Shown: positions 48,438 to 57,839 of the stretch, piece after piece
Layout of the letters: the number at the start of each line of letters is the position of its first letter
Numbering within the stretch: the stretch's first letter is position 1
Source: Bacteroidota bacterium
Lineage (GTDB): Bacteria; Bacteroidota; Bacteroidia; Chitinophagales; Chitinophagaceae
Length of the DNA: 64,000 nucleotides
NCBI GenBank assembly: GCA_029561305.1
Contig: JAKQJG010000128.1
Span: forward strand, 9,318-73,317
Direction: 5' to 3'
Position numbers and translations under genes: made by a program
The notes under the pieces: model-generated
What the model was told of the DNA's origin: nothing
Seen by the model: the letters and a program-made list of their open reading frames with translations, nothing else
The model's database searches: none

Positions 48438-51029
48438 TTAACTGACACCACTTCCAGCATCAATCACCGATTCAGGGCTTACAAAATGCAATTTGCCGGT
48501 TTTATCTTCAGCCATCAATATCATGCCATTGCTTTCAATACCCCTCATTTTACGGGGAGCGAGGTTAGCCACTACAACAACCTGTTTACCAACAATAGTT
48601 TCGGGTTGGTAATGCATCGCAATACCGCTTACTACGGTCCTGGTTTCAAAACCCATGTCTATTTGCAGCTTTAATAACTTATCTGCTTTTTCTACTTTTC
48701 CGGCAGAAATAATTGTTCCGACTTTCAAATCGATCCTGGCAAAATCGTCGTAAACGATTTCGGGTTTTAAAGCCTCCCTGCCCTCCAAAGGAGGGTTCCT
48801 GGTGTCGGATAACTTCTTAGACTCCTCGACTTTCACAGGGACCAAGGTCCCTCCTTTGGAGGAATTTAGGGAGGCCCCCGCTTTTAATTTTTCTACTTGT
48901 GCCGCTATTTCTGCATCTTCAATTTTCCTGAATAGTAATTGTGGTTCTCTTAAGCTATAACCCACACTCAGCAAATTAATTTTACCAGCGTTATTCCAAT
49001 CCAGCATTTTATCCACCACTTTCATCATGTACAGCATTTTTTTGGCTGTGGTTGGTAAAAATGGATTGATAAGAATGGCGAGGTTGGCTGTTAACTGTAA
49101 GCAGAGATGCAAACAGTTGTCGATGCTTTTTTGAGCCTCCCTGCCCTCCAAAAGAGGGTTCTCGAAACCTGCAGTTGTTTGTTTCTTTTCGTTTAGCTTA
49201 GAAAGAATGGTATTTAAAACATAATCAGTCTTATTTAATACGTCATCGTTAGTAAACCGCAGTACTTCAAATCCAAACTTATTTAACTCTGCCGTCCTGA
49301 TCGCATCACTCAGTTTATTTTCCGGGATCTCATGTATCAATCCATCAACTTCAACAATAAGCTTTTGTGAAAGACAAACAAAATCTGCAATGTAGGTGCC
49401 AATGATATGTTGCCTTCTAAACTTAAAACTGTCCAGTTTTTTCCCTCTTACTATTTGCCATAATAAATCCTCCGCTTCTGTAGGATTCGACCTGTGCTCT
49501 TCAACAAATTTCTTCAGCAACCCATAAGTTACAGTATCCGCTGTTTGATATTCATAAGGACTGTTTGCTTTCGCAGAGTCTAAAGCCCCTCCTTCGGAGG
49601 GGTTTGGGGAGGCCACTTTCTTCGCTACAATCCATGGCTCTTTTTCCTGCATATACTTATTTCCCTTCCTGCTCAGGTCAATCACTTCAAACAAGGCATC
49701 TCTGAATTTATATTCCTCTAATAAACCTTCCACTTTCACTTTTGCATTTTCGATGTCTGCAATCAGCACTTTATCTTTTTCATCTAAAATATCTTCATGT
49801 AATTTTGGAACCTTGCCTCCGCATAGTTTATGCATCAATACCCATGTTCTATTCACAAAATTTCCAAAGATGCTTACCAGTTCACTGTTGTTCCTGTCCT
49901 GGAAATCCTTCCAGGTAAAATCATTATCCTTTGTCTCCGGTGCATTGGCACAGAGAACGTACCGGAGTACATCTTCACAACCTTCAAAGTCTTTGATGTA
50001 TTCGTTTACCCATACTGCCCAGTTGCGGCTGGTACTTACTTTTTCCCCTTCAATATTTAAAAACTCATTGGCAGGAACATTATCCGGCAAAGCAAATCCG
50101 CCATGTGCTTTCAACATCGCAGGGAAAATGATGCAATGAAAAACGATATTGTCTTTGCCAATAAAGTGAACCAGTTTTGTATCTTCTTTACACCAGTAGT
50201 CGGCCCATTTATCGGTCAGTTCCTTTGTTGCAGAGATATAACCGATCGGTGCGTCAAACCACACATACAATACTTTTCCTTCTGCATCCGGCAGCGGCAC
50301 TTTAATTCCCCAGTTGCTGTCCCTTGTCATGGCCCTGCTATGCAATCCGCTGTCGAGCCAGCTCTTGCATTGTCCATATACGTTGTTCTTCCATTCTTTG
50401 TGTCCTTCAATTATCCATTCTTTCAGCCACGGTTCATAATTCTGTAGTGGAAAATACCAATGCGTTGTTTTTTTCTTTACCGGTACCGCATCACTCAACG
50501 CACTTTTGGGATTGATCAGTTGCTCCGGCGATAGACTTGTTCCGCATTTTTCACACTGGTCGCCATAGGCATTTGGGTTGGCACAAACCGGGCAGGTGCC
50601 GGTGATATAACGATCGGCCAAAAACGTGTTTGTCTTTTCATCAAAATACTGCTCCGTTTCTTTCTCCTCAAACAAACCATCATCATACAGTTTCTTAAAA
50701 AATGCCGATGCTGTATCGTGATGTACTTTATTGGAGGTACGGGAATAGATATCAAACGAGATACCCATTTGCTCCATACTTTCTTTGATGATGGCATGAT
50801 AACGGTCAACCACCTGTTGCGGTGTGATGCCTTCCTTCATGGCACGGATGGTAATGGGCACACCATGCTCATCGCTGCCACCGATAAATTTCACGTCTTT
50901 CTTTTGTGCTCTTAAATAACGTACATAAATATCCGCAGGCAAATAACATCCTGCCAGGTGGCCAATATGTACCGGGCCATTGGCATAGGGAAGCGCTGCT
51001 GTAACTAAATATCTGGATGGATGGTTCAT
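48438..51029 (-). CDS. metG: Methionine--tRNA ligase carrying an in-frame DUF559 insert and repeat-derived linker
   Basis: [12 protein letters not shown], Zn knuckle, KVSTS (KMSKS), C-terminal Trbp111-like domain [15 protein letters not shown]; start MNHPS at 51029. Confidence 0.97.
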   Translation of the reverse strand: MNHPSRYLVTAALPYANGPVHIGHLAGCYLPADIYVRYLRAQKKDVKFIGGSDEHGVPITIRAMKEGITPQQVVDRYHAIIKESMEQMGISFDIYSRTSNKVHHDTASAFFKKLYDDGLFEEKETEQYFDEKTNTFLADRYITGTCPVCANPNAYGDQCEKCGTSLSPEQLINPKSALSDAVPVKKKTTHWYFPLQNYEPWLKEWIIEGHKEWKNNVYGQCKSWLDSGLHSRAMTRDSNWGIKVPLPDAEGKVLYVWFDAPIGYISATKELTDKWADYWCKEDTKLVHFIGKDNIVFHCIIFPAMLKAHGGFALPDNVPANEFLNIEGEKVSTSRNWAVWVNEYIKDFEGCEDVLRYVLCANAPETKDNDFTWKDFQDRNNSELVSIFGNFVNRTWVLMHKLCGGKVPKLHEDILDEKDKVLIADIENAKVKVEGLLEEYKFRDALFEVIDLSRKGNKYMQEKEPWIVAKKVASPNPSEGGALDSAKANSPYEYQTADTVTYGLLKKFVEEHRSNPTEAEDLLWQIVRGKKLDSFKFRRQHIIGTYIADFVCLSQKLIVEVDGLIHEIPENKLSDAIRTAELNKFGFEVLRFTNDDVLNKTDYVLNTILSKLNEKKQTTAGFENPLLEGREAQKSIDNCLHLCLQLTANLAILINPFLPTTAKKMLYMMKVVDKMLDWNNAGKINLLSVGYSLREPQLLFRKIEDAEIAAQVEKLKAGASLNSSKGGTLVPVKVEESKKLSDTRNPPLEGREALKPEIVYDDFARIDLKVGTIISAGKVEKADKLLKLQIDMGFETRTVVSGIAMHYQPETIVGKQVVVVANLAPRKMRGIESNGMILMAEDKTGKLHFVSPESVIDAGSGVS
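48771..48876. repeat. In-frame inverted repeat doublet in the metG linker (miniature element)
   Basis: Plus strand GCCTCCCTGCCCTCCAAAGGAGGG (48772-48795) and minus strand GCCTCCCTAAATTCCTCCAAAGGAGGG (48849-48875), 53-bp spacer. Confidence 0.88.
49134..49614 (-). mobile_element. Repeat-flanked DUF559 (Vsr-like endonuclease) cassette inserted in frame in metG
   Basis: [30 protein letters not shown]...KLIVEVDG..H...D..RT..L...GF.VLRFTN between inverted repeats at 49581-49614 and 49134-49161. Confidence 0.85.
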
Positions 51030-51166
51030 TTTTTTGAATCTGTCTTTTGTGCTACTATTAAACATCGTTCTGTCACTTCCCGAAAGCATTCGGGATACTG
51101 GTACAACTACAGGCAACAAAACAACGGCTGCAAAAATACCTTAATTGAGCCCAACGAACAAACCAC

Positions 51167-51193
51167 AAAAAAGCCCCCAACAAATTGGGGGCT
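51167..51193 (-). terminator. Intrinsic terminator
   Basis: AGCCCCCAA-loop-TTGGGGGCT followed by a T-run on the minus strand. Confidence 0.8.
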
Positions 51194-51215
51194 CCATGAA
51201 AAACTGACCTCAAAG

Positions 51216-53012
51216 TCACTTGTCCAATTTGCTCAATGAAGCTTTCAAATCAGGTACGGAAGTTGTTTGGAATTGTAAACCTTTTAATTCCTGTTCACTG
51301 GTTGTTGTATGGGTTACTGAATAAACAGTTTCGCCTTTTTTGTTGATGCCGATGCTGATGATCTTTACTGGCTCACCGATGGGTATGTTTTGAAAAGCCA
51401 CCTGATTTCCATCGATAACACCTGTCATCATTGATTTGATCTTTTCAAACACCAGCATAGTGTAGTAACTGGTTGCAGAATCGCCCAGGTCAACTTTAAA
51501 ATTTACCTTTTTCCGGCTGTCGGAGTAAAAACGATCGCAGTTGATCCAGCCTAATTCCGTAAGGTTAATGCTGTACCTTGAACTGATCTCAACAGGAACA
51601 GCAATAAGCACCGGAGATTCAACTTTTGGATAATCCCGCTGGGGTAAAAACTTCAACTGTGAACTGTCTGTCGATAAGGCAGGGCTCAGATCAATTGCCT
51701 TTTCTTCCAGCGCAATTTTCCTTGTAACAGAAATGTTCAATCCATACTTTTCTGCTATTTCTTTTTCCATCCATACAGAATCTCCCACACGTTCTGAATA
51801 ACGACGGTCGGATTTTGCACCAACCCAATTTCCAAAGGTCGGCAGGAACCTGTCTCTTATAGATGATGTCAGCTTAACCTTAGTATAACCATATTTCTCT
51901 TTCAGTATCCTCTTTAACGCTCTCTTGGGTACAGTTAAACCATCCTCATCATACATAAAGTATCCCACTTTCTTTCTATCACTTTCTTTGATAAGCCAGG
52001 GCATATCAGCTACGTTAAAAACCCTTGCTTCCGTTACAATCCGTCTCCTTAAAAAGTATTGCGGTTTTGCCAACCAGTTGATCGTACTGGAAACGCCTGT
52101 TTCACCAGAATTAAGTTCCCCCAAGAACAATTGCATGTCTTTCATGTCTTGTTTTGTATCGGGCAAAAACAGTGTTACCGGAATTACGTTGCTACACTTA
52201 ATATCATTACCCTTATAGCTTGCTGATAACTGAAACATACCTCCGGTTTCCAATTGTTCCATTTTGCTTCGGGTATTTAATTGATTCAAAACAATATCCG
52301 ATGTTTTATAAAATTCTCTTGCAGTAATCTCAACCCCGTTCATGCCACCAAAACTATTTGCCGGAATCAATAAAGCTGTTCCTTCCTGAAACTGCAGCAA
52401 GGTATCCCTGCTGTTATCAATAGTAAAATGCTGGTCTTCTTTTTCTAACTGTGTAAAGAGGGTATTTAATCTTAATTGCCGCTCTGCATTGCTTACTGCT
52501 GCGCTACTATCTGTTTTAGCTGGACAGTTTAAACAGTCAGTTACATTCAATTTTATAGTTCCCAAAATTGAATCCTCATCCGTCCATTGCATTGGCTCCC
52601 CGCTGAGTATTTCATCAGCTATCAAAGAAGGATTGAGTGAAGCCACAGGGGAAACAACCGAAACCCCATATGCGCTGGCAGTATCTTTTACAAAAGTCGC
52701 TGGTGCCGTTTGTTGTGTATTGATCTTTGCATTTTCTATATTGGCAGTATCCTTACCAGCAACTTCATTCGTTTTAAAATCACTGCCATTTTTTGTTGAA
52801 ACAAACCACATCGCTACACTTATCAGCAGCACCACAGCCGCAGCAGAAAAACCATTCAGCATCCATTTAGGCCAACCCTTTTTCAAAGGTAGTACAGGAG
52901 GCTGCAACATACCTGCCATCTGCTGCCAATGATCGTCCATCTGCCCCAGTTCTGGTTGCTCCATGGCTTCCATCTCCCTCAGCTTATTTTCTATGTTATT
53001 ATCTTGTTGCAT
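51216..53012 (-). CDS. Single-pass membrane protein, putative anti-sigma factor
   Basis: Short cytoplasmic N-terminus (DDHWQQMAGML), TM helix, large exported domain ending LGWINCDRF; directly follows an ECF sigma. Confidence 0.65.
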   Translation of the reverse strand: MQQDNNIENKLREMEAMEQPELGQMDDHWQQMAGMLQPPVLPLKKGWPKWMLNGFSAAAVVLLISVAMWFVSTKNGSDFKTNEVAGKDTANIENAKINTQQTAPATFVKDTASAYGVSVVSPVASLNPSLIADEILSGEPMQWTDEDSILGTIKLNVTDCLNCPAKTDSSAAVSNAERQLRLNTLFTQLEKEDQHFTIDNSRDTLLQFQEGTALLIPANSFGGMNGVEITAREFYKTSDIVLNQLNTRSKMEQLETGGMFQLSASYKGNDIKCSNVIPVTLFLPDTKQDMKDMQLFLGELNSGETGVSSTINWLAKPQYFLRRRIVTEARVFNVADMPWLIKESDRKKVGYFMYDEDGLTVPKRALKRILKEKYGYTKVKLTSSIRDRFLPTFGNWVGAKSDRRYSERVGDSVWMEKEIAEKYGLNISVTRKIALEEKAIDLSPALSTDSSQLKFLPQRDYPKVESPVLIAVPVEISSRYSINLTELGWINCDRFYSDSRKKVNFKVDLGDSATSYYTMLVFEKIKSMMTGVIDGNQVAFQNIPIGEPVKIISIGINKKGETVYSVTHTTTSEQELKGLQFQTTSVPDLKASLSKLDK

Positions 53013-53038
53013 TATTATAAAAAGTTTTCATCCTGTTG

Positions 53039-53587
53039 TTAAATTGCTTTCTTCATTACCCACTGTTTCTCGAATTTTTTTTTCAGCAGCTTCTTTGCTT
53101 CACTCACATGCCACTTGCTCGTACCTTCCGATATATTTAGCTGCTCGCCTACCTGCTTATGCGTAAACCCGTCAAACACAAATAACTTGAACACCGTGGC
53201 AGTTGCACCGGGTAATTCATTGATCACCTGCAGCACTTCCTTATAACCCACACGATCAAATGCGTCGGGCTCAATTACTACTTCATCCTCTGCGATATAG
53301 GGTGTTGAATTTTTGAAAATATTCTTTTTCCTGCAAAAATCTATGCAGCAGTTCACCACAATGGCTTTTATCCAACCCCCCAGCTTTCCTTCCTCACTGT
53401 ATGAATGAATGTGCTGGAATACCCTGAGCATGGCATTGTTATAAATGCTTCCGGCGCTGTCTGCATCACCGCCATAGCGGAAACAGGTCTTGATCATCTC
53501 AGGATAAAAATGCTTGTACAATTGCTGCTGGCTTTGAATGTCCTGCCTTTTGCAGCCCTGTACCAATATGTGAAGTGGTGTTTCCAA
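53039..53587 (-). CDS. ECF sigma-70 factor
   Basis: QQQLYKHFY, GWIKAIVVNCCID, ELPGATATVFKL..DGFTHKQVGEQLNISEGTSKW. Confidence 0.92.
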   Translation of the reverse strand: METPLHILVQGCKRQDIQSQQQLYKHFYPEMIKTCFRYGGDADSAGSIYNNAMLRVFQHIHSYSEEGKLGGWIKAIVVNCCIDFCRKKNIFKNSTPYIAEDEVVIEPDAFDRVGYKEVLQVINELPGATATVFKLFVFDGFTHKQVGEQLNISEGTSKWHVSEAKKLLKKKFEKQWVMKKAI

Positions 53588-53702
53588 GAATTGATGGAGG
53601 GGTTAAAATTGTCCCTTTGTAATATAAACTGGTTTGGGTAAAAAAATGGTTGGGTAAATGTGAAAAATATATTTTAGGCGAAAAACATGCCAACTGTATT
53701 CC

Positions 53703-53736
53703 AAAAAAATACCTCCCAGGTAATACGAGGGAGGTA
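53703..53736 (-). terminator. Intrinsic terminator after bglX
   Basis: TACCTCCC/GGGAGGTA stem followed by T7 on the minus strand. Confidence 0.75.
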
Positions 53737-53792
53737 AAGAATTTTGCGACGAATTACACCAATGAACACGAATGGTATGCACTTAAAGCATT

Positions 53793-56123
53793 CTACTTGT
53801 TTATCTCGTTTATAACAGCTTGTGGCACCAATACTTTGTTGCATTTTTCTGTCACTATGCTTTTGGGCAGACTGAAGGAAGCCGTTTGTTTAATATCCAA
53901 TGATGAAGCCCCGATCTTTACCGTGTACTTGCCTGCATCCGCTACCCAGGAAGTTTTATCCGTATCAAAGGAGGAAAGGGCGTCTTTATGAATCGTAAAA
54001 CTCAGCGTTTGCTTTTCGCCCGGTTGCAGCAGTTTTGTTTTAGCAAAAGCTTTTAATTCTTCTGATGGTTTTTGCAAAGTACCTGCCGGGGCAGTGATGT
54101 ATAGCTGCACTGCTTCTTTGCCTGCTGCCTTACCCGTATTGGTGATATCGATCGTAAGTGTAACTGGTTTATTAAATACCGGGCTGCTCAGTTTGATATT
54201 GCTGTAAGAAAAATTGGTGTAACTCAACCCATAACCAAATGCATAAGCAGGTTGTACCTTAAATGTATTGTAATAACGATACCCGACATAAATGCCTTCT
54301 TCATACACAACTTCTGCAGGTACAGCAGGCATACCCATCATCCCGGTTGTTTTTTTCTCCGGAAATTCTTTGCCTGGAAAATTTTTAGCCGTGATATCAT
54401 CATCGTATTTCACAGGAAAGGTGGTCGCCAGTTTACCAGAAGGATTAACCTTGCCACTGAGTATATCTGCCACCGCATTACCAGCCTCCAGTCCCGGTTG
54501 CCAGGCCAGCAACACCGCATCCACTTTATCACGCCAGCTGGCTGTTTCAATTACACCACCTGCGTTGATGATGACCACTACCTTTTTCCCATTGGCATGA
54601 AAAGCTGCCGATACTTCATCTATTAAAGTGACTTCTGTTGCTTTCAGGTTGAAATCATTTTCTACCTTCCTGTCACTGCCTTCACCAGCGTTTCTGCCAA
54701 TAGTAATAATGGCTACATCGTTTTCACCAGCTTTTTTTGCAAGCATCTCCTTGTTGATGGCCAGTTCCGGAATCCTCGGCGTTGGATTCATAAATTCTTC
54801 GAAGAAGTTTTTCTTCGGTTGCCTGGCTTTTTCTTCTTTTACATAAGATGAATATTGTGTATTGAGTTCTTCATCCAGTGTATAACCTGCATTGCTCAAT
54901 CCCTGTACCAATGATATAGTGTACTCTTCATTTACATCACCACTGCCCGTGCCACCCGAAACAAAATCATAAGAAGTAATGCCAAAGGCAGCGATTTTTT
55001 TGATGGTAGACGATAATGGAAGAACACCTGTATTATTTTTTAACAGCACCATGCCATCTGCAGCAGCTTCTCTTGCAAGTACTGCATGTGCTTTCAGGTC
55101 AGGTTTATTGCTAAAAACATATTTTTTATATGCAGGAGTTGCCAAAATATAATGTACCATGCGCTCTGCATTTTCATCCAGTACTTTCATATCCAGTGTG
55201 CCATTGTTGACCGCAGCAATGATCGCTTTCTTTTGATCAGGCCTGCCGGGCATTAACAGGTCATTACCCGCTTTCATTTGTGCCACGGCATCTTTACCTC
55301 CAAACCAGTCTGTCATCACAATGCCTTTAAAACCCCACTCCTTTCTTAAAATGGTGGTAAGCAGGTCATAGCTTTCCGATGTATAGGTTCCATTTAAATA
55401 ATTGTATGAACTCATCACTGTCCAGGGGTTTGCTTCTTTCACTGCAATCTGAAACCCTTTTAAATAAATTTCTCTTAATGCTCTTTCAGTGGCAATAACA
55501 TTTACCGTATTGCGGTTTTTTTCCTGGTTGTTTACAGCAAAATGTTTGATGGAGGTACCAACGCCATTTGACTGTATGCCGTTCACGATTGCTGCTGCAA
55601 TTTTACCTGTCACCAACGGATCCTCAGAATAGTATTCAAAATTTCTGCCACCGAGGGGATTGCGGTGTATGTTCATTCCGGGCGCCAGTATCACATCCAC
55701 GCCATACTCCTTTACTTCGTTGCCAAAAGCCACTCCTACTTTGTGTACCAAGTCTGTATCCCAGGTGGAAGCCAATAATGTTGCGACGGGCCAGGCGGTT
55801 GCATAATAGGTGTTTTTATCATTTTCACGGGTTGGGCTAATCCGCAAACCAGCAGGACCGTCTGCTACAACAGTTGTTGGCAAATTCATTCTTTGGATTG
55901 CGAAAGTAGTGCCTGCTGCACCGGGTACTTTGTCCATGGTTTGTCCCACACCGGTGCCGCTTCCCTCTGTCATCCCGGGTATCTTCATACCCATACCCAC
56001 CACCAGGTTCACTTTTTCTTCCAAAGTCATTTTACTTACTAATTCTTTTGCCGAAGGTGCAGTTTGTGCCATCAGTACTGTGGTAACTGCAAGCAACACA
56101 CCGGAGGTGATGATTTTTTTCAT
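53793..56123 (-). CDS. bglX: GH3 beta-glucosidase
   Basis: ADGPAG, GRNFEYYSEDP, IKHFAVN, VMTDW nucleophile, EGIYVGYRY, FGYGLSYT, Fn3 tail. Confidence 0.93.
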   Translation of the reverse strand: MKKIITSGVLLAVTTVLMAQTAPSAKELVSKMTLEEKVNLVVGMGMKIPGMTEGSGTGVGQTMDKVPGAAGTTFAIQRMNLPTTVVADGPAGLRISPTRENDKNTYYATAWPVATLLASTWDTDLVHKVGVAFGNEVKEYGVDVILAPGMNIHRNPLGGRNFEYYSEDPLVTGKIAAAIVNGIQSNGVGTSIKHFAVNNQEKNRNTVNVIATERALREIYLKGFQIAVKEANPWTVMSSYNYLNGTYTSESYDLLTTILRKEWGFKGIVMTDWFGGKDAVAQMKAGNDLLMPGRPDQKKAIIAAVNNGTLDMKVLDENAERMVHYILATPAYKKYVFSNKPDLKAHAVLAREAAADGMVLLKNNTGVLPLSSTIKKIAAFGITSYDFVSGGTGSGDVNEEYTISLVQGLSNAGYTLDEELNTQYSSYVKEEKARQPKKNFFEEFMNPTPRIPELAINKEMLAKKAGENDVAIITIGRNAGEGSDRKVENDFNLKATEVTLIDEVSAAFHANGKKVVVIINAGGVIETASWRDKVDAVLLAWQPGLEAGNAVADILSGKVNPSGKLATTFPVKYDDDITAKNFPGKEFPEKKTTGMMGMPAVPAEVVYEEGIYVGYRYYNTFKVQPAYAFGYGLSYTNFSYSNIKLSSPVFNKPVTLTIDITNTGKAAGKEAVQLYITAPAGTLQKPSEELKAFAKTKLLQPGEKQTLSFTIHKDALSSFDTDKTSWVADAGKYTVKIGASSLDIKQTASFSLPKSIVTEKCNKVLVPQAVINEINK

Positions 56124-56143
56124 TACAAGCGATTTAAATTTTC

Positions 56144-56164
56144 ATTGCGTTAATATGACACAAT
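56144..56164. promoter_or_regulatory. Candidate NrtR-family operator
   Basis: ATTGCGT-TAATATG-ACACAAT: 21-bp imperfect palindrome with a GT-N7-AC core, between the divergent bglX and NrtR-like genes. Confidence 0.65.
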
Positions 56165-56231
56165 GATAAAACTTTTATATTTGCTTTGCAAGTTTTTAGT
56201 GTATTTTTTTTGCAACCCCTTAATTTAGAGT

Positions 56232-57005
56232 ATGAGTTTTAAAGAAGAAATAACCCAGCATTTCAAAAAAGGCCAGGAGCTTTACCTGCGTCATATTTCA
56301 GTTGACTGCGTCATTTTTGGATTTCATCAAAACAAATTGAATGTGTTGTTGCTCCAGTCAAAGTACGCTGGTGACTGGGCACTGCCCGGTGGTTTTATTT
56401 TAAAGCAAGAACATATGGATGATGCTGCCAACCGTATACTAAAAAACCGGACAGGTCTGCACAATATTTACTTGCAGCAGTTCCATGTATTTAGCGAACC
56501 GAGCCGCTCCACAAAATTGATGAACCAGCAGTTTTTAAAAAATGCCGGCGTGGTAATGGAAGAAAGCTGGATGTTTGAACGCTTTATTACAGTGGGTTAC
56601 ACCGCCCTGGTTGATTTTAGCAAAGCTCAATTAATCCCGGATAGTTTTTCTGTGGCTTGTGAATGGCACAACGTAAATTCTTTGCCTGGCATGATACTGG
56701 ACCACCGGGAAATATTAAATACGGCGTTGCTACAGTTGCAAACCAATTTAAATTACCATCCTGTTGGCTATAACCTGCTGCCAGAAAAATTCACCATGCC
56801 GGAATTACAGAAGTTGTATGAAACCATCCTGAACCGGCCGCTTGACAGAAGAAATTTTCAAAGAAAAATAACCGGGACAAAAATTTTGAAAAAGCTGGAT
56901 GAAACTAAAAAGGGCGTGGCACATAAAGCTCCTAATTACTATAAGTTTGATCTAAAGAATTATAAAAAAGCTTTGAAAGGCGGCATGGGTTTTCAATTGT
57001 CTTAA
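56232..57005 (+). CDS. NrtR-family regulator (NUDIX + winged HTH)
   Basis: SVDCVIFGF, WALPGGF, LPEKFTMPELQKLYE.IL...LDRRNFQRKI. Confidence 0.92.
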   Translation: MSFKEEITQHFKKGQELYLRHISVDCVIFGFHQNKLNVLLLQSKYAGDWALPGGFILKQEHMDDAANRILKNRTGLHNIYLQQFHVFSEPSRSTKLMNQQFLKNAGVVMEESWMFERFITVGYTALVDFSKAQLIPDSFSVACEWHNVNSLPGMILDHREILNTALLQLQTNLNYHPVGYNLLPEKFTMPELQKLYETILNRPLDRRNFQRKITGTKILKKLDETKKGVAHKAPNYYKFDLKNYKKALKGGMGFQLS

Positions 57006-57315
57006 ACATTCACGTATCTCCCTGGTATTTTATAGCCAGACCAGGAGCAATTAAATAATGTTTCAAAAAAAGAACGCTGCAAACGCCGCCTCTGGCCTGA
57101 CTATATCCTACCCAGACCTGCCTGATACACTAAGCAGGATCATATTTGAAGCGAAAAATATGGTTTTGTACATATTCTGGAAGGAAAAGGAAAGGATTTT
57201 CCACATACTGGAGAATTCTGAACAGGCCATTTTCCTGAAACCCTTTACCAGTAAGGGTTTGGGTGGTTTGGCACTATCTATGAAAACTAACTATCAAACA
57301 AAACCACCCCAAATT

Positions 57316-57729
57316 ATGAAAACAATTATCACCCTAATCGCAGCAGGTTTCATCCTCAACACAAGTAATGTAACCGCACAGTCAACAGCGTCTATCAACA
57401 ATGACGGGATCACAGCAGCAGAAGGTAAAGTACCATCACTTATCATCAGCGAAGTAAACTTCAAAGCTTTAAGGAACGGGTACAATGTAACCTGGGAAAC
57501 ACAAAACCAGTTTAATGTTGCAAGCTTTGAATTACAGATCAGCGAAAACAACAAAAACTTCAGTACGGTAAAGAGAAGAACCTGCGGTCCTGAAAAGCGT
57601 TCAAAATACCAGGTACAGTTGAGCAACACGCTTATTTTAGCTAACCCGGTTTTTTACAGGCTTAAATGGGTAACAATGGATGGACAGGTTAACTATACAG
57701 AAAGCAAGCAGTTTAGAAATGATTTATAA
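57316..57729 (+). CDS. Small secreted protein with an Fn3-like beta-sandwich
   Basis: Signal peptide from ATG 57316; VTWETQNQFNVASFELQIS...FYRLKWVTMDGQVNY motif like the domain that usually precedes T9SS-A tails. Confidence 0.7.
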   Translation: MKTIITLIAAGFILNTSNVTAQSTASINNDGITAAEGKVPSLIISEVNFKALRNGYNVTWETQNQFNVASFELQISENNKNFSTVKRRTCGPEKRSKYQVQLSNTLILANPVFYRLKWVTMDGQVNYTESKQFRNDL

Positions 57730-57839
57730 GAGCGTTTGAGTGTTATCAATAAATACAGGTTGCCGGCATATTGCCGGCATCTCTGTTTGTAACAAATTAT
57801 TTGATCTCAAGGTTGTATTTTTAATATCAAATCAGCCTG

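Noticed and set aside
49134-49614. Intein or group I/II intron interpretation of the metG insert
   Set aside because: No Hint splicing motifs, no stop or frameshift, and no intron core structure evident.
48771-49614. CRISPR array interpretation of the clustered palindromes
   Set aside because: Copies are inverted, irregularly spaced and coding; no cas genes.
53710-53736. CCTCCC/GGGAGG hairpin as a repeat copy
   Set aside because: Its position and T-tract fit the bglX terminator.
57058-57315. N-terminal extension of the 223-aa ORF
   Set aside because: A clear signal peptide begins at ATG 57316; the upstream part looks intergenic.
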